In this document: positions 63,090 through 64,000 of the stretch, one piece after another | How the letters are laid out: the number at the start of each line of letters is the position of its first letter | How positions within the stretch are numbered: the stretch's first letter is position 1 | Assembly (NCBI GenBank): GCA_963796105.1 | Contig: CAWCKJ010000003.1 | Location: 96,001-160,000 of the forward strand | Reading direction: 5' to 3' | From: a candidate division FCPU426 bacterium | GTDB taxonomy: Bacteria; Oederibacteriota; Muellerivitia; Muellerivitales; Muellerivitaceae | Length of the DNA: 64,000 nt | Notes under the pieces: generated by a model | Told to the model about the DNA's origin: nothing | The model's input: the letters and a program-made list of their open reading frames with translations, nothing else | Databases searched by the model: none | Position numbers and translations under genes: made by a program

Positions 63090-63784
63090 CAAGACCCCCG
63101 AAATCAAAGGACCAGTTAAAACTATTCCGCAACGACACCGGCAATATGGGCGGCCTTAATCAAGAAAGACTTGGTATGGACGTTGAAAAAACCAACTCGA
63201 ATTTTAAAATCATCTACTTCGCGTTTCTGTTTTTGGTTTTTATTCTCGGATCATGGATTATTGTTCATTACGCAAAACGTTCGGACGTGAAAGAAACTAT
63301 TGCCAGTCCGGCGCATGACAATAAACTCTATGAACCGCAGGATAAACTTTGGTCTATCTTGGTCAAGGAAGTGGATACGGAAAACGGAAAGGCCTCTAAT
63401 TTGCCCGTGACCATCCGGCGGAGTAAAACCCGGTATAGCCAGATGAAACAGGCTGTGTTGGCTTTTATCCATGGACCTAGGTCCGGAAAATTCCAGGTGC
63501 CGGTTCCGGAAGGCGTTGATATAAACGAGTTTTATGTAACCCGTGAGGAAATCGCGGTGGTGGATTTAACCTTGTCGAATGTTAAAAAGGAAGAATTCGG
63601 CTTTTACGAGGAGACCCTATTTGTCCGGGGCCTGATTGAGACTTTGAGCAGGAACTTTTACGAGATCAAACAAGTGAAAATTTTAGTGGATGGTCAAGAC
63701 GCCCCGACCCTTTGCGGGCATTATGCATTGGGAACCGCTGATAGCGCTTCGGCGTCTTTCACCGCCGGAAAAGCGGCTCGCTAA
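63086..63784 (+). CDS. GerMN-domain membrane-anchored protein
   Basis: TM segment; L..GP, AVVDL, E...V..L..TL, VKILVDG...TL.GH; follows an amidase gene. Confidence 0.8.
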   Translation: MTRPPKSKDQLKLFRNDTGNMGGLNQERLGMDVEKTNSNFKIIYFAFLFLVFILGSWIIVHYAKRSDVKETIASPAHDNKLYEPQDKLWSILVKEVDTENGKASNLPVTIRRSKTRYSQMKQAVLAFIHGPRSGKFQVPVPEGVDINEFYVTREEIAVVDLTLSNVKKEEFGFYEETLFVRGLIETLSRNFYEIKQVKILVDGQDAPTLCGHYALGTADSASASFTAGKAAR

Positions 63785-63849
63785 AATATTGTTTCCGCCG
63801 TTATGTTACGGCGCTTTAATCTAAACCCGAGATCAGGTAATGAGGAAAA

Positions 63850-64000
63850 ATGGATATGGAACAGGAAAATGAAAATAATTTACCGTCGGCTTATAACCCC
63901 GCGGAGGTGGAAAACCGTTGGTACTCCCTGTGGGAAAGCTCCGGCGATTTCACGGCATCCACCACTTCCGAGAAACCAGCCTTTTGTTTGGTGATTCCTC
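63850..64000 (+). CDS. valS: Valine--tRNA ligase, N-terminus (runs off window; not in ORF track)
   Basis: GAGG RBS; MDMEQENENNLPSAYNPAEVENRWYSLWESSGDF...AFCLVIP matches the ValRS start that precedes PPNVTG. Confidence 0.85.
   Translation, partial: MDMEQENENNLPSAYNPAEVENRWYSLWESSGDFTASTTSEKPAFCLVIP

Overview
64-kb window of a diderm (outer-membrane-bearing), probably anaerobic bacterium. It opens with the 3' end of a Wood-Ljungdahl cluster (acsC, acsV-type activator). Positions ~2.3-19.6 kb are accessory and envelope-related: a large secreted NHL-repeat protein, paralogous outer-membrane barrels, gmd/fcl and GT-C glycosyltransferases. A core-gene block follows (DAHP synthase, plsC, rpsA, der-plsY-gpsA, IHF/HU-MerR-tRNA-Pro x2, acyP, group-2 sigma, apt, tRNA-Arg), then an intact IS1380-family element, a secreted subtilase, glycogen genes, a GGDEF protein, accA and the start of valS. 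Main unexplained signals: (1) a dispersed family of paired inverted 'RCCACRG' elements in intergenic spacers from 0.3 to 14.4 kb, with covarying hairpins and variable cargo; (2) a 1.4-kb non-coding island (10.53-11.93 kb) holding a tRNA-Asn-type 3' fragment, palindromes, 11-mer repeats and two facing, helically phased tandem arrays (117-bp x2 and 43-bp x10) that are not CRISPR; (3) T9SS-type-A-like C-terminal domains on several secreted proteins; (4) a giant TPR / short-plug barrel / ExbB-ExbD-TonB / DUF2723 cluster; (5) TMTC- and TMEM260-like glycosyltransferases alongside Thr/Pro-rich secreted proteins; (6) three apparent pseudoenzymes. All calls come from reading motifs by eye; no database searches were run.
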